Shown here: positions 1 to 11,200 of the stretch, in pieces
How positions within the stretch are numbered: position 1 is the first letter of the stretch
Layout of the letters: the number at the start of each line of letters is the position of its first letter
Assembly (NCBI RefSeq): GCF_009914755.1
Contig: NC_060939.1
Source: the human T2T-CHM13v2.0 reference genome, Homo sapiens
Reading direction: 5' to 3' (one strand)
Length of the DNA: 64,000 nt
Translations under genes and position numbers: made by a program
The notes under the pieces: generated by a model
The model's input: the letters and a program-made list of their open reading frames with translations, nothing else
Database searches by the model: none
Told to the model about the DNA's origin: nothing

Positions 1-48
1 ATCACAAAGCAGTTTCTGAGAATGCTGCTGTCTACTTTCTATTTGTAA

Positions 49-65
49 TCCCGTTTCCAACGAAA
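49..65 (-). promoter_or_regulatory. CENP-B box (m1); recurs in every HOR copy
   Basis: TCCCGTTTCCAACGAAA is the reverse complement of TTTCGTTGGAAACGGGA and matches nTTCGnnnnAnnCGGGn. Confidence 0.95.
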
Positions 66-390
66 TCCTCAGAACCATCGAAATTTCCAAATGCAGATTC
101 CACAGAAACAGGGTTTCAAAGCTGCTCTGTAAAAAGAAAGGTTCAACTCTGTTAGTTGAATACACACGTCACAAACAAGTTTCTGAGAATGCTTCTGTCT
201 AGTTTTTATGGGAAGATATTTCCTTTTTCACGGTAGGCCTCAAAGCGCTCCAAATGTCCACTTCCACATACTACAAAAAGAGTGTTTCAAACCTGCTCTA
301 TGATAGGGAATGTTGAAACCTATGAGTTGAATGCAAGCATTACAAAGAGGTTTCTGAGAATGCTTCTGTCTAGATTTTATATGTAGATAT

Positions 391-407
391 TCCCGTTTCC
401 AACGAAA
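391..407 (-). promoter_or_regulatory. CENP-B box (m3)
   Basis: TCCCGTTTCCAACGAAA, canonical. Confidence 0.95.
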
Positions 408-561
408 TCCTCAAAGCTATCCAAATATCAACTTGCAGATTCTACAAAAGGAATGTTTCCAAAATGCTGTATCCAAACAAAGGTTCAACTCTGTGAATTG
501 AGGGCATACATCACAAAGAAGATTCTGAGAATGCTTCTGTCTAGATTTTATATGAAAATAT

Positions 562-578
562 TCCCGTTTCCAACGAAA
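562..578 (-). promoter_or_regulatory. CENP-B box (m4), only 171 bp from the m3 box
   Basis: TCCCGTTTCCAACGAAA, canonical. Confidence 0.95.
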
Positions 579-903
579 TCCTCAAAGCTATCCAAATATC
601 CACTTGCAAATGCCACAAAAAGAGTGTTTCCAAACTGCTCTGTGAAAAGGAAGGTTCAACTCTGTTAGTTGAGTACACACATCACAAAGAGGTTTCTGAG
701 AATGCTGCTGACTAGTTTTTATTTGAAGATATTTCCCTTTTCACCTTAGGCCTAAGAGTGCTCGAAATGTCCATTTCCACATACTCCACAAAGTGTGTTT
801 CAAACGTGCTGTATGAAAGGGAATGTTCAACTCTATGAGTTGAATGCAAACATCACAAAGAAGATTCTGAGAATGCTTTTGTCTAGATTTTATATGAAGA
901 TAT

Positions 904-920
904 TCCCGTGTCCAACGAAA
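904..920 (-). promoter_or_regulatory. Variant CENP-B box (m6), 9 core positions intact
   Basis: TCCCGTGTCCAACGAAA; reverse complement TTTCGTTGGACACGGGA keeps TTCG, A and CGGG. Confidence 0.85.
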
Positions 921-1245
921 TTTTCAAAGGTCTCCAAATATCCATTTGTAGATTCTACAAAAAGAGTGTTTCCAAACTGCTGTATCAAAACAAAGGTTGA
1001 ACTCTGTGAGTTGAGGACACACATCACAAATAAGTTTCTGAGAATGCTTCTGTCTAGTTTTTATTTGAAGATGTTTCCTTTTTCACCATAGGCCTGAAAG
1101 CGCTCGAAATGTCCACTTCCAGATAGTACAGAAAGAGTGTTTCAAACCTGCTCTATGAACGGGAATGTTCAGCTCTGTGAGTTGAATGCAAACATCACAA
1201 AGCAGGTTCTGAGAATGCTTCCGTCTAGATTTTAAATGAGGATAT

Positions 1246-1262
1246 TCCCGTTTCCAACGAAA
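1246..1262 (-). promoter_or_regulatory. CENP-B box (m8)
   Basis: TCCCGTTTCCAACGAAA, canonical. Confidence 0.95.
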
Positions 1263-1587
1263 TCCTCGAAGCTATCCAAATATCCACTTGCAGATTCCAC
1301 AAAAAGAGTGTTTCAAAACTGCTCTGTCAAAAGATAGGTTCAACTCTGTTAGTTGAGTACACACATGGCAAACAAGATTCCGAGAATGCTTTCGTCTAGT
1401 TTTTTTGGGAAGATATTTCCTTCTTCACCATAGGCCTCAAAGCGCTCCAAATATCCATTTCCACATGCTATACAAAGAGTGTCTCAAACCTGCTGTATGA
1501 ATGGGAATGTTCAACTCTATGAGTTGAATGCAAACATCACAAAGAAGTTTCTGAGAATGCTGCTGTCTAGATTTTATATGAAGGTTT

Positions 1588-1604
1588 TCCCGCTTCCAAC
1601 GAAA
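1588..1604 (-). promoter_or_regulatory. CENP-B box (m10)
   Basis: TCCCGCTTCCAACGAAA; reverse complement TTTCGTTGGAAGCGGGA, canonical R=G form. Confidence 0.95.
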
Positions 1605-1925
1605 TTTTCAATGCTCTCAAAATATCCTCTTGTAGATTCTACAAAAAGAGTGTTTCCAAACTGCTGTATCAAAACAAAGGTTCATCTCTGTTAGTTGAGG
1701 ACACACATCACAAATAAGTTTCTGAGAATGCTTCTGTCTAGTTCTTATTTGAAGACATTTCCTTTCTCACCTTAGGCCTGAAAACGCTCGAAATACCCAC
1801 TTCCAGATACTACAGAAACAGTGATTCAAACCTGCTCCATGAAAGGGAATGTTCAACTAGGTGACTTGAATGCAAACATCACAAAGCAGTTTCTGAGAAT
1901 GCTGCTGTCTACTTTCTATTTGTAA

Positions 1926-1942
1926 TCCCGTTTCCAACGAAA
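1926..1942 (-). promoter_or_regulatory. CENP-B box (m12)
   Basis: TCCCGTTTCCAACGAAA, canonical. Confidence 0.95.
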
Positions 1943-2267
1943 TCCTCAGAACTATCGAAATTTCCAATTGCAGATTCCACAGAAACAGGGTTTCAAAGCT
2001 GCTCTGTAAAAAGAAAGGTTCAACTCTGTTAGTTGAATACACACGTCACAAACAAGTTTCTGAGAATGCTTCTGTCTAGTTTTTATGGGAAGATATTTCC
2101 TTTTTCACCGTAGGCCTCAAAGCGCTCCAAATGTCCACTTCCACATACTACAAAAAGAGTGTTTCAAACCTGCTGTATGAAAGGGAATGTTCAACTCTAT
2201 GAGTTGAATGCAAACATTACAAAGAAGTTTCTGAGAATGCTTCTGTCTAGATTTTATATGAAGGTTT

Positions 2268-2284
2268 TCCCGTTTCCAACGAAA
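2268..2284 (-). promoter_or_regulatory. CENP-B box (m14)
   Basis: TCCCGTTTCCAACGAAA, canonical. Confidence 0.95.
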
Positions 2285-5200
2285 TTTTCAATGCTCTCAA
2301 AATATCCACTTGTAGATTCTACAAAAAGAGTGTTTCCAAACTGCTGTGTCAAAAGAAAGGTTCAACTCTGTTAGTTGAGGACACACATCACAAATAAGTT
2401 TCTGAGAATGCTTCTGTCTAGTTCTTATTTGAAGACATTTCCTTTCTCACCTTAGGCCTGAAAACGCTCGAAATATCCACTTCCAGATACGACAGAAACA
2501 GTGATTCAAACCTGCTCTATGAAAGGGAATGTTCAACTAGGTGACTTGAATGCAAACATCACAAAGCAGTTTCTGAGAATGCTGCTGTCTACTTTCTATT
2601 TGTAATCCCGTTTCCAACGAAATCCTCAGAACCATCGAAATTTCCAAATGCAGATTCCACAGAAACAGGGTTTCAAAGCTGCTCTGTAAAAAGAAAGGTT
2701 CAACTCTGTTAGTTGAATACACACGTCACAAACAAGTTTCTGAGAATGCTTCTGTCTAGTTTTTATGGGAAGATATTTCCTTTTTCACGGTAGGCCTCAA
2801 AGCGCTCCAAATGTCCACTTCCACATACTACAAAAAGAGTGTTTCAAACCTGCTCTATGATAGGGAATGTTGAAACCTATGAGTTGAATGCAAGCATTAC
2901 AAAGAGGTTTCTGAGAATGCTTCTGTCTAGATTTTATATGTAGATATTCCCGTTTCCAACGAAATCCTCAAAGCTATCCAAATATCAACTTGCAGATTCT
3001 ACAAAAGGAATGTTTCCAAAATGCTGTATCCAAACAAAGGTTCAACTCTGTGAATTGAGGGCATACATCACAAAGAAGATTCTGAGAATGCTTCTGTCTA
3101 GATTTTATATGAAAATATTCCCGTTTCCAACGAAATCCTCAAAGCTATCCAAATATCCACTTGCAAATGCCACAAAAAGAGTGTTTCCAAACTGCTCTGT
3201 GAAAAGGAAGGTTCAACTCTGTTAGTTGAGTACACACATCACAAAGAGGTTTCTGAGAATGCTGCTGACTAGTTTTTATTTGAAGATATTTCCCTTTTCA
3301 CCTTAGGCCTAAGAGTGCTCGAAATGTCCATTTCCACATACTCCACAAAGTGTGTTTCAAACGTGCTGTATGAAAGGGAATGTTCAACTCTATGAGTTGA
3401 ATGCAAACATCACAAAGAAGATTCTGAGAATGCTTTTGTCTAGATTTTATATGAAGATATTCCCGTGTCCAACGAAATTTTCAAAGGTCTCCAAATATCC
3501 ATTTGTAGATTCTACAAAAAGAGTGTTTCCAAACTGCTGTATCAAAACAAAGGTTGAACTCTGTGAGTTGAGGACACACATCACAAATAAGTTTCTGAGA
3601 ATGCTTCTGTCTAGTTTTTATTTGAAGATGTTTCCTTTTTCACCATAGGCCTGAAAGCGCTCGAAATGTCCACTTCCAGATAGTACAGAAAGAGTGTTTC
3701 AAACCTGCTCTATGAACGGGAATGTTCAGCTCTGTGAGTTGAATGCAAACATCACAAAGCAGGTTCTGAGAATGCTTCCGTCTAGATTTTAAATGAGGAT
3801 ATTCCCGTTTCCAACGAAATCCTCGAAGCTATCCAAATATCCACTTGCAGATTCCACAAAAAGAGTGTTTCAAAACTGCTCTGTCAAAAGATAGGTTCAA
3901 CTCTGTTAGTTGAGTACACACATGGCAAACAAGATTCCGAGAATGCTTTCGTCTAGTTTTTTTGGGAAGATATTTCCTTCTTCACCATAGGCCTCAAAGC
4001 GCTCCAAATATCCATTTCCACATGCTATACAAAGAGTGTCTCAAACCTGCTGTATGAATGGGAATGTTCAACTCTATGAGTTGAATGCAAACATCACAAA
4101 GAAGTTTCTGAGAATGCTGCTGTCTAGATTTTATATGAAGGTTTTCCCGCTTCCAACGAAATTTTCAATGCTCTCAAAATATCCTCTTGTAGATTCTACA
4201 AAAAGAGTGTTTCCAAACTGCTGTATCAAAACAAAGGTTCATCTCTGTTAGTTGAGGACACACATCACAAATAAGTTTCTGAGAATGCTTCTGTCTAGTT
4301 CTTATTTGAAGACATTTCCTTTCTCACCTTAGGCCTGAAAACGCTCGAAATATCCACTTCCAGATACGACAGAAACTGTGATTCAAACCTGCTCTATGAA
4401 AGGGAATGTTCAACTAGGTGACTTGAATGCAAACATCACAAAGCAGTTTCTGAGAATGCTGCTGTCTACTTTGTATTTGTAATCCCGTTTCCAACGAAAT
4501 CCTCAGAACTATCGAAATTTCCAATTGCAGATTCCACAAAAAGCGTGTTTCAAAGCTGCTCTGTAAAAAGAAAGGTTCAACTCTGTTAGTTGAATACACA
4601 CGTCACAAACAAGTTTCTGAGATTGCTTCTGTCTAGTTTTTATGGGAAGATATTTCCTTTTTCACCGTAGGCCTCAAAGCGCTCCAAATGTCCACTTCCA
4701 CATACTACAAAAAGAGTGTTTCAAACCTGCTGTATGAAAGGGAATGTTCAACTCTATGAGTTGAATGCAAACATTACAAAGAAGTTTCTGAGAATGCTTC
4801 TGTCTAGATTTTATATGAAGGTTTTCCCGTTTCCAACGAAATTTTCAATGCTCTCAAAATATCCACTTGTAGATTCTACAAAAAGAGTGTTTCCAAACTG
4901 CTGTGTCAAAAGAAAGGTTCAACTCTGTTAGTTGAGGACACACATCACAAATAAGTTTCTGAGAATGCTTCTGTCTAGTTCTTATTTGAAGACATTTCCT
5001 TTCTCACCTTAGGCCTGAAAACGCTCGAAATATCCACTTCCAGATACGACAGAAACAGTGATTCAAACCTGCTCTATGAAAGGGAATGTTCAACTAGGTG
5101 ACTTGAATGCAAACATCAGAAAGCAGTTTCTGAGAATGCTGCTGTCTACTTTCTATTTGTAATCCCGTTTCCAACGAAATCCTCAGAACTATCGAAATTT

Positions 5201-8200
5201 CCAATTGCAGATTCCACAAAAAGCGTGTTTCAAAGCTGCTCTGTAAAAAGAAAGGTTCAACTCTGTTAGTTGAATACACACGTCACAAACAAGTTTCTGA
5301 GAATGCTTCTGTCTAGTTTTTATGGGAAGATATTTCCTTTTTCACCGTAGGCCTCAAAGCCCTCCAAATGTCCACTTCCACATACTACAAAAAGAGTGTT
5401 TCAAACCTGCTCTATGATAGGGAATGTTGAAACCTATGAGTTGAATGCAAGCATTACAAAGAGGTTTCTGAGAATGCTTCTGTCTAGATTTTATATGTAG
5501 ATATTCCCGTTTCCAACGAAATCCTCAAAGCTATCCAAATATCAACTTGCAGATTCTGCAAAAGGAATGTTTCCAAAATGCTGTATCCAAACAAAGGTTC
5601 AACTCTGTGAATTGAGGGCATACATCACAAAGAAGATTCTGAGAATGCTTCTGTCTAGATTTTATATGAAAATATTCCCGTTTCCAACGAAATCCTCAAA
5701 GCTATCCAAATATCCACTTGCAAATGCCACAAAAAGAGTGTTTCCAAACTGCTCTGTGAAAAGGAAGGTTCAACTCTGTTAGTTGAGTACACACATCACA
5801 AAGAGGTTTCTGAGAATGCTGCTGACTAGTTTTTATTTGAAGATATTTCCCTTTTCACCTTAGGCCTAAGAGTGCTCGAAATGTCCATTTCCACATACTC
5901 CACAAAGTGTGTTTCAAACGTGCTGTATGAAAGGGAATGTTCAACTCTATGAGTTGAATGCAAACATCACAAAGAAGATTCTGAGAATGCTTTTGTCTAG
6001 ATTTTATATGAAGATATTCCCGTGTCCAACGAAATTTTCAAAGGTCTCCAAATATCCATTTGTAGATTCTACAAAAAGAGTGTTTCCAAACTGCTGTATC
6101 AAAACAAAGGTTGAACTCTGTGAGTTGAGGACACACATCACAAATAAGTTTCTGAGAATGCTTCTGTCTAGTTTTTATTTGAAGATGTTTCCTTTTTCAC
6201 CATAGGCCTGAAAGCGCTCGAAATGTCCACTTCCAGATAGTACAGAAAGAGTGTTTCAAACCTGCTCTATGAACGGGAATGTTCAGCTCTGTGAGTTGAA
6301 TGCAAACATCACAAAGCAGGTTCTGAGAATGCTTCCGTCTAGATTTTAAATGAGGATATTCCCGTTTCCAACGAAATCCTCGAAGCTATCCAAATATCCA
6401 CTTGCAGATTCCACAAAAAGAGTGTTTCAAAACTGCTCTGTCAAAAGATAGGTTCAACTCTGTTAGTTGAGTACACACATGGCAAACAAGATTGCGAGAA
6501 TGCTTTCGTCTAGTTTTTTTGGGAAGATATTTCCTTCTTCACCATAGGCCTCAAAGCGCTCCAAATATCCATTTCCACATGCTATACAAAGAGTGTCTCA
6601 AACCTGCTGTATGAATGGGAATGTTCAACTCTATGAGTTGAATGCAAACATCACAAAGAAGTTTCTGAGAATGCTGCTGTCTAGATTTTATATGAAGGTT
6701 TTCCCGCTTCCAACGAAATTTTCAATGCTCTCAAAATATCCTCTTGTAGATTCTACAAAAAGAGTGTTTCCAAACTGCTGTATCAAAACAAAGGTTCATC
6801 TCTGTTAGTTGAGGACACACATCACAAATAAGTTTCTGAGAATGCTTCTGTCCAGTTCTTATTTGAAGACATTTCCTTTCTCACCTTAGGCCTGAAAACG
6901 CTCGAAATACCCACTTCCAGATACGACAGAAACTGTGATTCAAACCTGCTCTATGAAAGGGAATGTTCAACTAGGTGACTTGAATGCAAACATCACAAAG
7001 CAGTTTCTGAGAATGCTGCTGTCTACTTTCTATTTGTAATCCCGTTTCCAACGAAATCCTCAGAACTATCGAAATTTCCAATTGCAGATTCCACAGAAAC
7101 AGGGTTTCAAAGCTGCTCTGTAAAAAGAAAGGTTCAACTCTGTTAGTTGAATACACACGTCACAAACAAGTTTCTGAGAATGCTTCTGTCTAGTTTTTAT
7201 GGGAAGATATTTCCTTTTTCACCGTAGGCCTCAAAGCGCTCCAAATGTCCACTTCCACATACTACAAAAAGAGTGTTTCAAACCTGCTGTATGAAAGGGA
7301 ATGTTCAACTCTATGAGTTGAATGCAAACATTACAAAGAAGTTTCTGAGAATGCTTCTGTCTAGATTTTATATGAAGGTTTTCCCGTTTCCAACGAAATT
7401 TTCAATGCTCTCAAAATATCCACTTGTAGATTCTACAAAAAGAGTGTTTCCAAACTGCTGTGTCAAAAGAAAGGTTCAACTCTGTTAGTTGAGGACACAC
7501 ATCACAAATAAGTTTCTGAGAATGCTTCTGTCTAGTTCTTATTTGAAGACATTTCCTTTCTCACCTTAGGCCTGAAAACGCTCGAAATATCCACTTCCAG
7601 ATACGACAGAAACTGTGATTCAAACCTGCTCTATGAAAGGGAATGTTCAACTAGGTGACTTGAATGCAAACATCACAAAGCAGTTTCTGAGAATGCTGCT
7701 GTCTACTTTCTATTTGTAATCCCGTTTCCAACGAAATCCTCAGAACTATCGAAATTTCCAATTGCAGATTCCACAAAAAGCGTGTTTCAAAGCTGCTCTG
7801 TAAAAAGAAAGGTTCAACTCTGTTAGTTGAATACACACGTCACAAACAAGTTTCTGAGAATGCTTCTGTCTAGTTTTTATGGGAAGATATTTCCTTTTTC
7901 ACCGTAGGCCTCAAAGCGCTCCAAATGTCCACTTCCACATACTACAAAAAGAGTGTTTCAAACCTGCTCTATGATAGGGAATGTTGAAACCTATGAGTTG
8001 AATGCAAGCATTACAAAGAGGTTTCTGAGAATGCTTCTGTCTAGATTTTATATGTAGATATTCCCGTTTCCAACGAAATCCTCAAAGCTATCCAAATATC
8101 AACTTGCAGATTCTACAAAAGGAATGTTTCCAAAATGCTGTATCCAAACAAAGGTTCAACTCTGTGAATTGAGGGCATACATCACAAAGAAGATTCTGAG

Positions 8201-11200
8201 AATGCTTCTGTCTAGATTTTATATGAAAATATTCCCGTTTCCAACGAAATCCTCAAAGCTATCCAAATATCCACTTGCAAATGCCACAAAAAGAGTGTTT
8301 CCAAACTGCTCTGTGAAAAGGAAGGTTCAACTCTGTTAGTTGAGTACACACATCACAAAGAGGTTTCTGAGAATGCTGCTGACTAGTTTTTATTTGAAGA
8401 TATTTCCCTTTTCACCTTAGGCCTAAGAGTGCTCGAAATGTCCATTTCCACATACTCCACAAAGTGTGTTTCAAACGTGCTGTATGAAAGGGAATGTTCA
8501 ACTCTATGAGTTGAATGCAAACATCACAAAGAAGATTCTGAGAATGCTTTTGTCTAGATTTTATATGAAGATATTCCCGTGTCCAACGAAATTTTCAAAG
8601 GTCTCCAAATATCCATTTGTAGATTCTACAAAAAGAGTGTTTCCAAACTGCTGTATCAAAACAAAGGTTGAACTCTGTGAGTTGAGGACACACATCACAA
8701 ATAAGTTTCTGAGAATGCTTCTGTCTAGTTTTTATTTGAAGATGTTTCCTTTTTCACCATAGGCCTGAAAGCGCTCGAAATGTCCACTTCCAGATAGTAC
8801 AGAAAGAGTGTTTCAAACCTGCTCTATGAACGGGAATGTTCAGCTCTGTGAGTTGAATGCAAACATCACAAAGCAGGTTCTGAGAATGCTTCCGTCTAGA
8901 TTTTAAATGAGGATATTCCCGTTTCCAACGAAATCCTCGAAGCTATCCAAATATCCACTTGCAGATTCCACAAAAAGAGTGTTTCAAAACTGCTCTGTCA
9001 AAAGATAGGTTCAACTCTGTTAGTTGAGTACACACATGGCAAACAAGATTGCGAGAATGCTTTCGTCTAGTATTTTTGGGAAGATATTTCCTTCTTCACC
9101 ATAGGCCTCAAAGCGCTCCAAATATCCATTTCCACATGCTATACAAAGAGTGTCTCAAACCTGCTGTATGAATGGGAATGTTCAACTCTATGAGTTGAAT
9201 GCAAACATCACAAAGAAGTTTCTGAGAATGCTGCTGTCTAGATTTTATGTGAAGGTTTTCCCGCTTCCAACGAAATTTTCAATGCTCTCAAAATATCCTC
9301 TTGTAGATTCTACAAAAAGAGTGTTTCCAAACTGCTGTATCAAAACAAAGGTTCATCTCTGTTAGTTGAGGACACACATCACAAATAAGTTTCTGAGAAT
9401 GCTTCTGTCTAGTTCTTATTTGAAGACATTTCCTTTCTCACCTTAGGCCTGAAAGCGCTCGAAATACCCACTTCCAGATACTACAGAAACAGTGATTCAA
9501 ACCTGCTCTATGAAAGGGAATGTTCAACTAGGTGACTTGAATGCAAACATCACAAAGCAGTTTCTGAGAATGCTGCTGTCTACTTTCTATTTGTAATCCC
9601 GTTTCCAACGAAATCCTCAGAACTATCGAAATTTCCAATTGCAGATTCCACAGAAACAGGGTTTCAAAGCTGCTCTGTAAAAAGAAAGGTTCAACTCTAT
9701 TAGTTGAATACACACGTCACAAACAAGTTTCTGAGAATGCTTCTGTCTAGTTTTTATGGGAAGATATTTCCTTTTTCACCGTAGGCCTCAAAGCGCTCCA
9801 AATGTCCACGTCCACATACTAAAAAAAGAGTGTTTCAAACCTGCTGTATGAAAGGGAATGTTCAACTCTATGAGTTGAATGCAAACATTACAAAGAAGTT
9901 TCTGAGAATGCTTCTGTCTAGATTTTATATGAAGGTTTTCCCGTTTCCAACGAAATTTTCAATGCTCTCAAAATATCCACTTGTAGATTCTACAAAAAGA
10001 GTGTTTCCAAACTGCTGTGTCAAAAGAAAGGTTCAACTCTGTTAGTTGAGGACACACATCACAAATAAGTTTCTGAGAATGCTTCTGTCTAGTTCTTATT
10101 TGAAGACATTTCCTTTCTCACCTTAGGCCTGAAAACGCTCGAAATATCCACTTCCAGATACGACAGAAACAGTGATTCAAACCTGCTCTATGAAAGGGAA
10201 TGTTCAACTAGGTGACTTGAATGCAAACATCACAAAGCAGTTTCTGAGAATGCTGCTGTCTACTTTCTATTTGTAATCCCGTTTCCAACGAAATCCTCAG
10301 AACTATCGAAATTTCCAATTGCAGATTCCACAAAAAGCGTGTTTCAAAGCTGCTCTGTAAAAAGAAAGGTTCAACTCTGTTAGTTGAATACACACGTCAC
10401 AAACAAGTTTCTGAGAATGCTTCTGTCTAGTTTTTATGGGAAGATATTTCCTTTTTCACGGTAGGCCTCAAAGCGCTCCAAATGTCCACTTCCACATACT
10501 ACAAAAAGAGTGTTTCAAACCTGCTCTATGATAGGGAATGTTGAAACCTATGAGTTGAATGCAAGCATTACAAAGAGGTTTCTGAGAATGCTTCTGTCTA
10601 GATTTTATATGTAGTATTCCCGTTTCCAACGAAATCCTCAAAGCTATGCAAATATCAACTTGCAGATTCTACAAAAGGAATGTTTCCAAAATGCTGTATC
10701 CAAACAAAGGTTCAACTCTGTGAATTGAGGGCATACATCACAAAGAAGATTCTGAGAATGCTTCTGTCTAGATTTTATATGAAAATATTCCCGTTTCCAA
10801 CGAAATCCTCAAAGCTATCCAAATATCCACTTGCAAATGCCACAAAAAGAGTGTTTCCAAACTGCTCTGTGAAAAGGAAGGTTCAACTCTGTTAGTTGAG
10901 TACACACATCACAAAGAGGTTTCTGAGAATGCTGCTGACTAGTTTTTATTTGAAGATATTTCCCTTTTCACCTTAGGCCTAAGAGTGCTCGAAATGTCCA
11001 TTTCCACATACTCCACAAAGTGTGTTTCAAACGTGCTGTATGAAAGGGAATGTTCAACTCTATGAGTTGAATGCAAACATCACAAAGAAGATTCTGAGAA
11101 TGCTTTTGTCTAGATTTTATATGAAGATATTCCCGTGTCCAACGAAATTTTCAAAGGTCTCCAAATATCCATTTGTAGATTCTACAAAAAGAGTGTTTCC

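Larger units (their letters stand above)
1..2557 (-). repeat. Reference 15-monomer HOR unit (2557 bp); box pattern B-A-B-B-A-B-A-B-A-B-A-B-A-B-A
   Basis: Monomer starts at 1, 168, 339, 510, 681, 852, 1023, 1194, 1365, 1536, 1707, 1878, 2045, 2216, 2387; sequence recurs at 2558. 13x171 + 2x167 = 2557 (m1 and m12 are 4 bp short just before the box). Confidence 0.93.
1536..2895 (-). repeat. Internal tandem 4-mer (680 bp x2): m10-m13 and m14-m15-m1-m2
   Basis: Near-identical sequence at offset 680 (artefact ORFs at 1479/2159 and 1857/2537). The 15-mer equals the 11-mer plus one 4-mer. Confidence 0.92.

Noticed and set aside
9818-9830. ACTAAAAAAAGAG variant (C>A extending an A run)
   Set aside because: Singleton substitution in a homopolymer context; uninformative and possibly a consensus error.
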